A DNA stretch of 64,000 bases, from assembly GCA_027621365.1 (NCBI GenBank), contig JAQCBH010000003.1:65737-129736 (forward strand). The letters are read 5' to 3'. The DNA is from Bacteroidota bacterium. GTDB taxonomy: Bacteria; Bacteroidota; Bacteroidia; NS11-12g; UBA955. Under the pieces are notes generated by a model, which saw only the letters and a program-made list of their open reading frames with translations, ran no database searches and had not been told where the DNA came from. A program made the position numbers and the translations under genes. Of the stretch, positions 44,489 through 53,983 are shown piece by piece (positions within the stretch are counted from its first letter, which is position 1; every line of letters begins with the position of its first letter).

Positions 44489-46804
44489 TTGTTTCGAAAA
44501 TTAACTTGGTTTTTATTCTGCCTGGCTACTAGCGCAAGCCTGTTTGCACAGTCAGACAAAGGCGATGTGCGAGGATTCGTATACAATGCCGACAATGGCG
44601 ATCGATTGGCAGGAGCCTTGGTTTGGATTCCCGAGATCAACCGCGCTCCAAGTGTGCGAGGTCGAAGCATTTTGGCTGATGGTGATGGCTTTTATGCATT
44701 GACCGGTATACCGGCTGGTGAATATACCTTGGTGGCTACGGCTCCTGGTTTTGATACTGCCTATTTTGAGATTCTGGTAAGGCCAGCGGCCAATACCAAG
44801 CAAGACATTTACTTGCACGGAGGCCAGCAAATCGAAGAAGTAGAAATCATCGCTCGCGCCAACCGCAAACAAACCTTAGTTGGAGCTACGAATATTGACC
44901 CAAAGGCCATTGGCCGCCTCCCTTCGGTCGGCGGCGAACCCGATATCGTTCAGTACCTCCAGGTATTGCCCGGTGTCGTTTTTAGCGGCGACCAAGGAGG
45001 ACAACTCTACATACGCGGTGGCTCTCCGGTTATGAACAAGGTTTTGTTCGATGGAATGACCATCTACAATCCCTTTCACAGCATTGGCTTGTTTTCGGTC
45101 TTTGATACCGACTTGATCAAAAGTGCCGATGTGTATTCAGCCGGTTTTGGTGCCGAGTACGGTGGGCGAATCTCTGCGGTGGTTGACATCAAATCACGAG
45201 ACGGAGATCGCAACCAGATCAAAGGAAAAACCTCCATAAACACCTTCACCAGCAAGGTGATGCTGGAAGGGCCCTTGAAAAAGTTCCAACGCTACAGCGG
45301 CAACAGTTCCTTCGCGGTCAGCTACCGCAATTCTTACCTCAAGCAGTCCTCCAAACTGTTTTATGGATATGCCAATCCCGATCGCTTGCCCTACAATTTT
45401 GGCGATCTCTTTGTGAAGATAAACGCCAACTCGGCCAATGGTGGTTATACCCGTCTGTACGGATTTCACTTCAGCGACGATGTGAATTTCCCGGGCTCTA
45501 CCCACTACAGCTGGGCCAGCAATGGGTTCGGTGGCAAGTTTATGGTGGTGCCAGAGCAGGCCAAGACCAGGGTAGACGGCTTCTTTTTGTATTCCAACTA
45601 CCGCATTCAGCAAATGGAAAGCGATGCCCGTCCCCGTGAAAGTTCGATTGGTGGCTTCAATATGGGAATGAATTTCTTGTACAACTTCAAGAAAGACGAA
45701 TTCAAATGGGGCATGGAGATGAACGGGTTCCAGACCAATTTTCAGCTGTACAACGCCAACAATCGCCGCATTGAACAACAGGAGAGTACAACCGAAATCA
45801 ATCTGTTTGGCAACTACAAAGTGGTTCGCAAAAAGCTCTTGGCCGATATGGGCTTGCGCTGGCAGTATTATGCTTCTCTGTCGAATGGAAGCTTAGAGCC
45901 CCGCCTGCAATTGCGCTACATGCCGTTCAAAGGCTTTGGATTGAAATTTGCCGCAGGTTTGTATTCTCAAAACCTCTTATCGGCCATCTCTGATCGAGAC
46001 GTAGTGAATTTGTTTTACGGCTTCTTATCAGGACCCGATAACCTGCCCAAGACCTTCATGGGTCAGCCCGTAACCCACCGCCTTCAAAAGGCCGGTCATT
46101 TGGTGGCGGGTATGGATTATCGCTTGACAAAAAAAAGCACCCTCAACGTAGAGGGCTTTTACAAAGACTTCAGCCAAATCACCAACATCAACCGATCCAA
46201 GTTGTTTGAAGACGACGCCAGCAACCAGGACAAAGATGCCCGCTTGCGCCAAGATTTCATCATTGAAAAAGGAGAGGCTTATGGAGGCGATATCTCCTAC
46301 AAGTTTGAAGACAAACGCCTGTACATCTGGTTGGTGTATTCCTTGACCTGGGTGAATAGAAACGATGGTTACATCGTGTATCAGCCCATTTTTGATCGCC
46401 GTCACAATGCCAATGCCATGGTCTCTTACACCCTGGGCAAGCGAACACCGGTTGATTTGTCCGTGCGCTGGAACTTTGGCAGCGGATTCCCCTTTACCCA
46501 AACCCAAGGCTATTACGAAAAGTATGACTTCGGCAATGGAATAGGCTCAGATTACGTCCATTCCAATGGTGATTTGGGTGTGGTTTACGCATCGTTGAAT
46601 CAAGGTCGTTTGCCCTATTACCACCGATTGGATTTTTCAGCCAAGCACAGTTGGAAGTTGGACGACGGGCGCAAACTCACGGCGAATTTCTCTTTGACCA
46701 ACGCCTACAACCGCGACAACATCTTCTACTACGACCGCATCAAGCAGGAAAGGGTAGATCAATTGCCCATTCTGCCTGCATTGGGCATTCAATACGAGTT
46801 TTAA
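44489..46804 (+). CDS. TonB-dependent outer-membrane receptor with N-terminal carboxypeptidase-regulatory-like domain
   Basis: Signal peptide, CarbopepD_reg-like (DGDGFYALTGIPAGEYTLVATAPGFD), plug, beta-barrel, terminal aromatic (QYEF); only in-frame start is TTG at 44489. Confidence 0.8.
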   Translation: MFRKLTWFLFCLATSASLFAQSDKGDVRGFVYNADNGDRLAGALVWIPEINRAPSVRGRSILADGDGFYALTGIPAGEYTLVATAPGFDTAYFEILVRPAANTKQDIYLHGGQQIEEVEIIARANRKQTLVGATNIDPKAIGRLPSVGGEPDIVQYLQVLPGVVFSGDQGGQLYIRGGSPVMNKVLFDGMTIYNPFHSIGLFSVFDTDLIKSADVYSAGFGAEYGGRISAVVDIKSRDGDRNQIKGKTSINTFTSKVMLEGPLKKFQRYSGNSSFAVSYRNSYLKQSSKLFYGYANPDRLPYNFGDLFVKINANSANGGYTRLYGFHFSDDVNFPGSTHYSWASNGFGGKFMVVPEQAKTRVDGFFLYSNYRIQQMESDARPRESSIGGFNMGMNFLYNFKKDEFKWGMEMNGFQTNFQLYNANNRRIEQQESTTEINLFGNYKVVRKKLLADMGLRWQYYASLSNGSLEPRLQLRYMPFKGFGLKFAAGLYSQNLLSAISDRDVVNLFYGFLSGPDNLPKTFMGQPVTHRLQKAGHLVAGMDYRLTKKSTLNVEGFYKDFSQITNINRSKLFEDDASNQDKDARLRQDFIIEKGEAYGGDISYKFEDKRLYIWLVYSLTWVNRNDGYIVYQPIFDRRHNANAMVSYTLGKRTPVDLSVRWNFGSGFPFTQTQGYYEKYDFGNGIGSDYVHSNGDLGVVYASLNQGRLPYYHRLDFSAKHSWKLDDGRKLTANFSLTNAYNRDNIFYYDRIKQERVDQLPILPALGIQYEF

Positions 46805-49401
46805 ATCGCCTCGTCGCTGATTTTTTTAATGGCTTGAAGCTTGAGCAAGGCCTCGATTGGGCTGAGTTCGTTGATGTCCAAACTCTGCAATTCCTTTTTG
46901 AGCTGTTCCATTCTAGGGTCTGGGGCTTGAAACATGTTCAACTGATAGACCGATTTGGAATCGGATTTAGCCATGGTTTTGCGTCGGTCAACGGCTGAAC
47001 GGGTTTGCTCCAGTTCTGATAGGAGTTCAGAAGCGCGAATGAGCACTTGGTTGGGTATGCCCGCCAATTGGGCGACGTGAATACCGAAACTGTGTTCGCT
47101 GCCTCCGGGCTTTAGGGTTCTCAGGAAAATGATCTGTTGACCTTTTTCCAACACTTCAATGTGGAAGTTTTGTACCCCTTCCAATTTGGCTTCCAATTCA
47201 TTCAGCTCGTGGTAGTGAGTGGCAAACAGGGTTTTGGGTTTGCTGGGGTGGCTTTGCAAGTATTCGGCAATGGCCCAGGCCAGAGACACGCCGTCATAGG
47301 TGCTGGTTCCTCGTCCAATTTCGTCCAGGAGCACCAATGACCGTTCCGATAGGTTGTTCAGGATCGAAGCCGTTTCGCTCATTTCTACCATGAAGGTAGA
47401 TTCACCCAAAGAGAGGTTGTCGCTAGCGCCAACACGGGTGTAGATTTTGTCTACAAGTCCAATCTTGGCTGATCGACATGGCACAAAGGAACCCATTTGG
47501 GCCAGTACAACGCAGAGGGCTGTTTGGCGCAGTATCGCTGATTTTCCGCTCATGTTGGGCCCCGTCAAAATCATGATTTGGCGATGCTTTGGACCCATGG
47601 CCAAGTTGTTCGGCACATAGTGCTGATCGGCTTTCAACTGCTGTTCAATGACCGGGTGTCGAGACTCGACCAGCTCAATGTCAAGCCCATCGTGAATCTC
47701 AGGTTTGCAGTAGTTTCTTGTGCTGGCCAAATGGGCAAATCCCATCAGGCAGTCCCATTCGGCTAGCTGTTGAGCCAACAAGCGTATGGGTTCGACATGA
47801 GCCAACAAATCATTGAGCAACAATTCCCATAATTCCGATTCCAAAGCTGAAATGCGGTCTTGGGCCGAAAGAATCTTTTCTTCGTATTCCTTGAGCTCTG
47901 GGGTGATGTATCGCTCGGCATTGGTTAAAGTTTGCTTGCGAATCCAGGTCTCGGGCACCTTGTCTTTGTGGGCATGGGTAACCTCTAAGTAATAGCCGAA
48001 TACATTGTTGAAGCCAATCTTCAGCGAAGGGATGCCGGTGGCCTCTGACTCCCGTTTTTGAATATCGACCAAGCGCTCTTTGCCATGGGTAGCCAAATCG
48101 CGCAGCTCGTTCAATTCCGGGTGGCATTCCGATTGGAAGACATGACCCTTGCTAAAGACAGCAGGAGCTTCTTCAGAAACCTGGGCATCAATCAGCGATT
48201 GAAGGTTTCGGCTGTTGGGGAATGCCTCAGCGGCCTGTTGCAGTCTTCGGCCCGAACTCTCTTTCCATTGCTGGCTCAAATCCTCCACCTTTCTCAAGGC
48301 TGAACTCAAGTGCAACAGTTCCTTCGGATTGATGCGTCTCAAGGCAATTTTAGAGGCCAAGCGCTCTATGTCACCCAAGCCTTCAAACAAAGATCGCCAG
48401 TCTCCCAATTGGGCTTGTTTTTGTAAGTCCTCTACCGCATCCAGTCTTTGTTGTATTTGTTGTTGATCCCTCAGGGGCAGCACCAACCACTTGCGCAGCA
48501 ATCGACTTCCCATCGGTGTTTTGCTGTGGTCAATGGAATCCAACAATCCGGTACCACCGGGGTATACCGAATGCAGCAGTTCCAAATTGCGAATGGTAAA
48601 GGCATCCAGCCACACGTATCGATCTTCCTCCAAACGGGCCAATCGGTTGATGTGGCTGGTGTGGTGGTGATGGGTCATTTCCAAGTAATGCAAAATGCAT
48701 CCGGCGGCGGTGGCGGCTTGATTCATGCCGTCCAAGCCAAATCCCTTGAGATTGGTTACTTGCAGTTGTCGAAGCACCCGCTCGTAAGCGTAGTCGCCTT
48801 GTGTGACCCAGGGGTCCAAGACTTGATAGGAGCGAGGAGTACCCAATTCTTCTATGAATCCTTGAGCCTCATTTTTGGGAAATAAGAGTTCGGCTGGTCG
48901 AAAACCGCTGATCAGTTTCTTGATGAAAACCCAGCTGCCTTCAGCAGCGTAGAATTCTCCAGTGGAAATATCGAGCAGAGATAGTCCAATACGAGCGCCA
49001 TCTTTGCTCAGAGCGGCCAAATAGTTGCTCTCTTGCTGCTCGAGAACTTTGTCGTTGTAGGTGACGCCGGGAGTGACCAATTCCGTCACACCACGTTTGA
49101 CAATGGTTTTGGTTTTTTTTGGGTCTTCCAACTGGTCGCAAATGGCCACGCGGTAACCGGCTTTGACCAGTTTGGGCAGGTAGGTATCCAAGGAGTGGTG
49201 GGGGAAACCCGCCAGGTTCATTTCTGAAGCAGCCCCGTTGGAGCGCTTGGTCAAAACTATACCCAATACCTTGCTGGCTTTTACGGCATCTTCATCAAAT
49301 GTTTCGTAAAAATCTCCCACCCGAAACAACAGAATCGCACCCGGATATTGGGCTTTGATGCTGTGGTATTGTTTCATTAAGGGGGTTTCTTTTCCAGCCA
49401 T
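46801..49401 (-). CDS. mutS: DNA mismatch repair protein MutS
   Basis: Mismatch-binding N-domain (TPLMKQYHSIKAQYP), Walker A GPNMSGKS, C-terminal HTH; start set to ATG at 49401. Confidence 0.9.
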   Translation of the reverse strand: MAGKETPLMKQYHSIKAQYPGAILLFRVGDFYETFDEDAVKASKVLGIVLTKRSNGAASEMNLAGFPHHSLDTYLPKLVKAGYRVAICDQLEDPKKTKTIVKRGVTELVTPGVTYNDKVLEQQESNYLAALSKDGARIGLSLLDISTGEFYAAEGSWVFIKKLISGFRPAELLFPKNEAQGFIEELGTPRSYQVLDPWVTQGDYAYERVLRQLQVTNLKGFGLDGMNQAATAAGCILHYLEMTHHHHTSHINRLARLEEDRYVWLDAFTIRNLELLHSVYPGGTGLLDSIDHSKTPMGSRLLRKWLVLPLRDQQQIQQRLDAVEDLQKQAQLGDWRSLFEGLGDIERLASKIALRRINPKELLHLSSALRKVEDLSQQWKESSGRRLQQAAEAFPNSRNLQSLIDAQVSEEAPAVFSKGHVFQSECHPELNELRDLATHGKERLVDIQKRESEATGIPSLKIGFNNVFGYYLEVTHAHKDKVPETWIRKQTLTNAERYITPELKEYEEKILSAQDRISALESELWELLLNDLLAHVEPIRLLAQQLAEWDCLMGFAHLASTRNYCKPEIHDGLDIELVESRHPVIEQQLKADQHYVPNNLAMGPKHRQIMILTGPNMSGKSAILRQTALCVVLAQMGSFVPCRSAKIGLVDKIYTRVGASDNLSLGESTFMVEMSETASILNNLSERSLVLLDEIGRGTSTYDGVSLAWAIAEYLQSHPSKPKTLFATHYHELNELEAKLEGVQNFHIEVLEKGQQIIFLRTLKPGGSEHSFGIHVAQLAGIPNQVLIRASELLSELEQTRSAVDRRKTMAKSDSKSVYQLNMFQAPDPRMEQLKKELQSLDINELSPIEALLKLQAIKKISDEAI

Positions 49402-49489
49402 AGAGAACAAAAATAGGGGGGTAAATTGGCAAGTAGTCCACAATTATCCCCCCGAAAGGTGGGTATATTTGGATGTGCAAAAACGCAGC

Positions 49490-50011
49490 ATGCAAGAACT
49501 CGGCAGGCTCAGTGCCGAAGAATTTCAAAAAGCCCCCAAATGGCCATTGGTTCTGGTATTGGACAATGTTCGAAGCTTAAGCAATGTCGGTTCGCTCATG
49601 CGCAGTGCCGATGCCTTTTTGGTCGAATGCGTGTACTTGTGCGGCATTACAGGCACGCCGCCTCATCGAGACATCACCAAAACGGCGATTGGGGCTGAAA
49701 AGTCGGTTCGCTGGGAGTATCGCGGCGAAACCGAACAGGCCATTCGAGAATTGAAGCAGCAGGGATTTCGCGTCTGGGCCTTGGAGCAAACCCATGGTAG
49801 CATTCCCTTGCACGAGACCCAATTAACCGATCAACCCACCGCGTTTGTATTGGGTCATGAAATTGACGGCGTCTCGCAAGAGGCATTGGCTCTGTGCAAT
49901 GGGGCCATTGAAATTCCCCAATTCGGTAGCAAACACTCCTTGAATGTGGCCGTAAGTGGGGGAATGGCACTTTGGGAATACGCAAGACAAACCTTGAGCC
50001 ATGAAAGCTAA
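49490..50011 (+). CDS. SpoU/TrmH-family RNA 2'-O-methyltransferase
   Basis: SPOUT motifs (LVLDNVRSLSNVGSLMRSADAF, ALCNGAIEIP); ORF N-terminus trimmed to ATG at 49490; divergent from mutS. Confidence 0.7.
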   Translation: MQELGRLSAEEFQKAPKWPLVLVLDNVRSLSNVGSLMRSADAFLVECVYLCGITGTPPHRDITKTAIGAEKSVRWEYRGETEQAIRELKQQGFRVWALEQTHGSIPLHETQLTDQPTAFVLGHEIDGVSQEALALCNGAIEIPQFGSKHSLNVAVSGGMALWEYARQTLSHES

Positions 50012-50501
50012 TGCGGTCCTGGTGCTGCTGTTGTTCTTGGGGGCTTGTCAAAGCCCTGAACGAATCGATTCTGATAAGCCCTACACGGTGGCTATGACGT
50101 ATGTGGCCGATTGCCCTTTGTCGGTCAAAAGCAGTGGGGTTTGGCTCGATTTGGCCCGAAACCTCCCCTCTGATTCTTTTGATCGTTGGTTGTTTGTGGG
50201 AGAATGTGATCGCCCGCTTTCGGCGGCCATGAGAGCTTCGGTAGATCGAATGCTAGGGAGTTTGGATTCAGCCAGGAGCTTGGGCTTTACGCATTATCCG
50301 ATGCTGCAAATTTGGAAAGGCAAGCCCTCGAGTGGGCGATTGTTGTACCGCGGGCCCCTTGATAATTCAGCTAGGGCCACGGGCCAGACAAGAGTAAAAG
50401 CCGATTCCCTCTTTGTTCACGATTTCTTGACAAGGCTGAGAAAGGGAGAGAATCCTACCTTTGAATCACACACGGTTTACGGATGTTACATAGAACCTTG
50501 A
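50001..50501 (+). CDS. hypothetical lipoprotein with two C-x(1-2)-P-L-S motifs
   Basis: Lipobox LFLGAC; ADCPLS and GECDRPLS repeats (possible thioredoxin-like CxxS); overlaps the TrmH-family gene by 11 nt. Confidence 0.35.
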   Translation: MKANAVLVLLLFLGACQSPERIDSDKPYTVAMTYVADCPLSVKSSGVWLDLARNLPSDSFDRWLFVGECDRPLSAAMRASVDRMLGSLDSARSLGFTHYPMLQIWKGKPSSGRLLYRGPLDNSARATGQTRVKADSLFVHDFLTRLRKGENPTFESHTVYGCYIEP

Positions 50502-51856
50502 TCGGGCCATTGCTTTGCTTGCTGACCTTGGCAAGCAGCTCCTGCCATTCGGAAGAGAAAGGCACAGATTCGCTGGGAGAGGTGGTGTTTTACAACGATG
50601 TAGCCGACATTATTGAGCAGAAGTGCGTGCCCTGTCATCAAGTCGATGGGGGAGCCCCCTTTGTGTTGACGAGTTATGAAGCGGTCAGCCGAAAGGCCAA
50701 AACCATTGTCGAAGTGACCCAAAATGGCATCATGCCCCCTTGGCCGGCCGATCCCAACTATCAGCATTTCATTGGAGAGCGTCTCTTGACGGAGCGAGAG
50801 AAGCAATTGATAAAAGCTTGGGTAGATCAAGGCAAGGTGAAAGGTCAAGGAGAAAGAATTCTTCAGTCAAAAAGTACAAAAGGACTAAAAAGTTCAAAGC
50901 CCGATTTGATTCTGGATATGCCCATGGTCACTCTGGGAGCGGGAGACCCAGACCGTTTCTATTTGATGCGCATTCCCGGTCTCATCGATCGGGACACCTG
51001 GGTCAAAGCCATGGAAATACGCCCGGGAGTTCGGGAGCGCTTGCACCATTTCAACGGTCATGTACTGAATTACAAACAGCGCAAATCACAGCCATGGCCA
51101 AATGGAATTCAAGAAATTACCCAAGGCGAATACGATGCTGATTTTGACCAATTGGATTTGTTGGAGGCTGATGGGTCTCGCCCAGAGCGCATTCATTCGG
51201 CTGTGAATTACCTGCCCGGCATGGAAGGGACATTGTTTCCTGATGGAATTGGAGGGTTTCGCCTTTCTCGGCAATTCGCCTTGATAGGCAATGATGTTCA
51301 CTACGGGCCCAGCGATCAAGACACCCAAGACCGCAGCCAAATTTGGATTTGGTTTGCCGATAAGGAGCCCCGCAGAAAAACGGCCGAGTTCATGCTTGGA
51401 ACCAATGGCTCTAGCGCCATCGAGCCCCCACTGCTCATTCCCGCCGGGCAAATCACCCATCACCGCACCGCCTTTCAAATCAAGGCCGATGTTTCCTTGT
51501 TGACCATCAACCCTCATATGCATTTGCTGGGTTCGAGTTTGAAGGCCTATGCCGTCAAGCCTAGCGGCGATACGGTGAATTTGATATCGATTCCGCGCTG
51601 GGATTTTCGCTGGCAGTATACCTACACCTTTACCCACATGCTGCGCATTCCTCGAGGGTCTTGGATCATCTGTGAAGCCACTTATGACAATCGGGCTAGC
51701 AATCCCAACAATCCTTATTCGCCCCCTCGAACCGTGGGAGAGCGCTTGGAATACGGGGGGGCTAGCATGCGAGCAACCGACGAAATGTTGCAGCTGATTA
51801 TCGGATATACTCCTTATCAAAAAGGCGACGATGCCCTTACTTTGCAGTTGGAATGA
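50483..51856 (+). CDS. secreted c-type cytochrome domain (CxxCH) fused to a copper type-II ascorbate-dependent-monooxygenase-like domain
   Basis: Signal peptide; CVPCH heme-c site with downstream MPPWP (Planctomycete-cytochrome-C-like); later LHHFNGHVL and INPHMHLLG His clusters reminiscent of PHM/DBH CuH/CuM sites. Confidence 0.45.
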   Translation: MLHRTLIGPLLCLLTLASSSCHSEEKGTDSLGEVVFYNDVADIIEQKCVPCHQVDGGAPFVLTSYEAVSRKAKTIVEVTQNGIMPPWPADPNYQHFIGERLLTEREKQLIKAWVDQGKVKGQGERILQSKSTKGLKSSKPDLILDMPMVTLGAGDPDRFYLMRIPGLIDRDTWVKAMEIRPGVRERLHHFNGHVLNYKQRKSQPWPNGIQEITQGEYDADFDQLDLLEADGSRPERIHSAVNYLPGMEGTLFPDGIGGFRLSRQFALIGNDVHYGPSDQDTQDRSQIWIWFADKEPRRKTAEFMLGTNGSSAIEPPLLIPAGQITHHRTAFQIKADVSLLTINPHMHLLGSSLKAYAVKPSGDTVNLISIPRWDFRWQYTYTFTHMLRIPRGSWIICEATYDNRASNPNNPYSPPRTVGERLEYGGASMRATDEMLQLIIGYTPYQKGDDALTLQLE

Positions 51857-52983
51857 AATTGATATTGGTTCAGAGCAAATCAGAGATTTCAGCGTTTCAC
51901 CAGGTCTTGGACCGTGTTTACGCGAATGATTCCCAGTTCATTTACCCCCTTCGATCGGATGTGGAAGAGGTGTTTGATGCCGTCAAGAACCCAGTGCCTC
52001 ACAAAGAAGGTCGCTATCAGCGCTGGGTATTGTTGGATGCCCATGATCAACCTGTGGGGCGAATAGCCGCCTTTTACCGCGATAAAAAGGATGCCGAAGG
52101 CCATTCTATTCGCCGCGGCGGATTGGGCTTTTTCGAGTGCATAAACGATGAACATTTGGCCAGTGAGTTGTTCGATACAGCCGAGAAATGGTTGACTGAG
52201 CAAAAGGTGGTTTCCATCGATGCGCCCATCAATTTTGGCGATCGTGATAGTTTTTGGGGCTTGTTGATTTCAGCCAAGACCTATCCCAGTTACAGGGAGT
52301 CGTACAACCCCCCGTATTATCAAGCCTGGTTCGAGCAACGAGGATATGCTTTGGAAATTGAGCAAACTACCTACGAGATTACCCAGGCAACCTTCAATTT
52401 CGATCGCTTTTCGGCCATCGCATCGCGAGCCATGTCCAATCCTGACTATCGATTTGAATATTTCAAATACAGCGAATTAGAGGCTTATGCGGGTTATTTC
52501 GCTGAGGTGTATAATCTGGGTTGGGCCCACCATGAAGATTTCAAACCCATTCAGGCGGCTGATGTATACAAACGATTGAAATCCATCAAGCCGGCCATGC
52601 CAGAGAAGTTGGCCATTTTCGCCTTTGCAGGTGATCGACCCATCGGATTTTTTGTCGCCATTCTGGAAGTCAATCAAGTTTTCAAGGACTTTAATGGATC
52701 CATGAACACGTGGAATGGATTGCGCTTTTTGTGGAAGAAAGCTAGCATTGACAAAGCCAAGGGTATCGTGTTCGGGATCATTCCTGAATACCAAAACAAG
52801 GGCATTGAGACGGGTTTGATCATGCGCTGTTACGAAGCCATTCAGCACATGCCACAATTGAAAAGCATGGAATTGGCCTGGATTGGAGATTTTAACCCAA
52901 AGATGTTGAGCATGTTGCAGTCTTTGGGCGCCGAATTGACCAAGGTGCACCATACTTATCGCAAAGAAATTCCGTCTAAATAA
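51853..52983 (+). CDS. hypothetical tandem-GNAT-fold (FemAB/Eis-like) acyltransferase candidate
   Basis: Two GNAT-like halves (GRIAAFY...GGLGFFEC; GFFVAILE...YQNKGIETGLI); 4-nt ATGA overlap with upstream gene. Confidence 0.35.
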   Translation: MKLILVQSKSEISAFHQVLDRVYANDSQFIYPLRSDVEEVFDAVKNPVPHKEGRYQRWVLLDAHDQPVGRIAAFYRDKKDAEGHSIRRGGLGFFECINDEHLASELFDTAEKWLTEQKVVSIDAPINFGDRDSFWGLLISAKTYPSYRESYNPPYYQAWFEQRGYALEIEQTTYEITQATFNFDRFSAIASRAMSNPDYRFEYFKYSELEAYAGYFAEVYNLGWAHHEDFKPIQAADVYKRLKSIKPAMPEKLAIFAFAGDRPIGFFVAILEVNQVFKDFNGSMNTWNGLRFLWKKASIDKAKGIVFGIIPEYQNKGIETGLIMRCYEAIQHMPQLKSMELAWIGDFNPKMLSMLQSLGAELTKVHHTYRKEIPSK

Positions 52984-53007
52984 ATTTGAATTTTATTGCT
53001 TTCCTGC

Positions 53008-53015
53008 TATTTTTG
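53008..53015 (+). promoter_or_regulatory. Bacteroidota-type -7 box TATTTTTG with TTTG 19 nt upstream, driving tRNA-Lys
   Basis: TTTG-N19-TAnnTTTG spacing consistent with the published Bacteroides consensus. Confidence 0.4.
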
Positions 53016-53060
53016 CAATCCCGTTTAGCACAGGTGTTCGTACCGATGTAAAAACTGGAT

Positions 53061-53133
53061 GAGATCTTAGCTCAGTTGGTAGAGCACGACACTTTTAATG
53101 TTGGGGTCCTGGGTTCGAGTCCCAGAGGTCTCA
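53061..53133 (+). tRNA. tRNA-Lys (anticodon TTT)
   Basis: Manual cloverleaf: acceptor GAGATCT/AGGTCTC, anticodon loop CTTTTAA, T-loop TTCGAGT, discriminator A; CCA not encoded. Confidence 0.9.
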
Positions 53134-53143
53134 CCCCCAAAGA

Positions 53144-53168
53144 AAGCCCTGATTTCAGGGCTTTTTTT
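53144..53168 (+). terminator. rho-independent terminator (GCCCTGATTTCAGGGC + T7)
   Basis: Hairpin plus T-run 10 nt after the tRNA-Lys. Confidence 0.75.
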
Positions 53169-53963
53169 ATGTCCATTGCCCTCTGCTCGTATATTTGGGC
53201 TGTGTTTTTTTTCATCAGTAAACTATTGGCATTTGGACTCAAGCCTTTGTTTTGGGTAGGCATACTGATGCTGTTGGCGGTAATTCCACGGTTCAAGCGC
53301 CTTCAACGAAAGCTGCTGATAGCCGCAATCAGTGTTTTTCTCATTTGCGGGAATTCCATTCTCGTGAATGAATGGGCTTTGATATGGGAAGGTGACCCCA
53401 TTGACTGGCCGAAGAAAAGAATCAAAATGGCAGTTGTTTTAGGAGGATATTCTGAATTCGATCATGATCGAAATCAAATTACTTTAAATAAATCTGCAGA
53501 GAGGTATACGGCTGGTTTAGAGGCTTTGTCTTCACGGAAAGTAGAAAAATTGATCCTTAGTGGGGGTGCTGCTGAACTCATCAAAAAGCCCTATTTCGAG
53601 AGTTTTTACATCAGAAAATTGATGGGCAACTTTGGGCTTGATACTTCTGCAATTTTCTTTGAATGTACATCACGAAATACTTATGAGAACGGGGTTCAAA
53701 CCAAGGAAATATTGGATAGTTTGGATTTTGACGAGCCATTGCTACTAGTGACAAGTGCGTATCACATGCCTCGAGCAAAGGCTATTTTTAATAAATTGGG
53801 AATAGCTGTTATTCCACATCCTGTGCAGTTTATTGGAAACCGCAGTAGGGATTTCGACTTGCTTTCTTGGGTTATTCCCAATGGTGAATCATTTGCTGAT
53901 TTCGAAACTCTTTTGAGAGAGTTTATAGGTATAACTGTCTACAGAATAACAGGTAAACTATAG
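53169..53963 (+). CDS. DUF218 (YdcF/ElyC/SanA-family) membrane-anchored protein
   Basis: N-terminal TM; DUF218 core (VVLGGYSEFD...LILSGGAA...VTSAYHMPRA); ORF-track start overlaps the tRNA, so start set to ATG at 53169. Confidence 0.7.
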   Translation: MSIALCSYIWAVFFFISKLLAFGLKPLFWVGILMLLAVIPRFKRLQRKLLIAAISVFLICGNSILVNEWALIWEGDPIDWPKKRIKMAVVLGGYSEFDHDRNQITLNKSAERYTAGLEALSSRKVEKLILSGGAAELIKKPYFESFYIRKLMGNFGLDTSAIFFECTSRNTYENGVQTKEILDSLDFDEPLLLVTSAYHMPRAKAIFNKLGIAVIPHPVQFIGNRSRDFDLLSWVIPNGESFADFETLLREFIGITVYRITGKL

Positions 53964-53983
53964 TGTCAATCTGTTGTATTGAT

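Noticed and set aside
53072-53296. 74-aa minus-strand ORF, and the N-terminal 31 aa of + ORF 53076..53963
   Set aside because: Both overlap tRNA-Lys and its terminator; the DUF218 gene was trimmed to ATG 53169 and the minus ORF discarded
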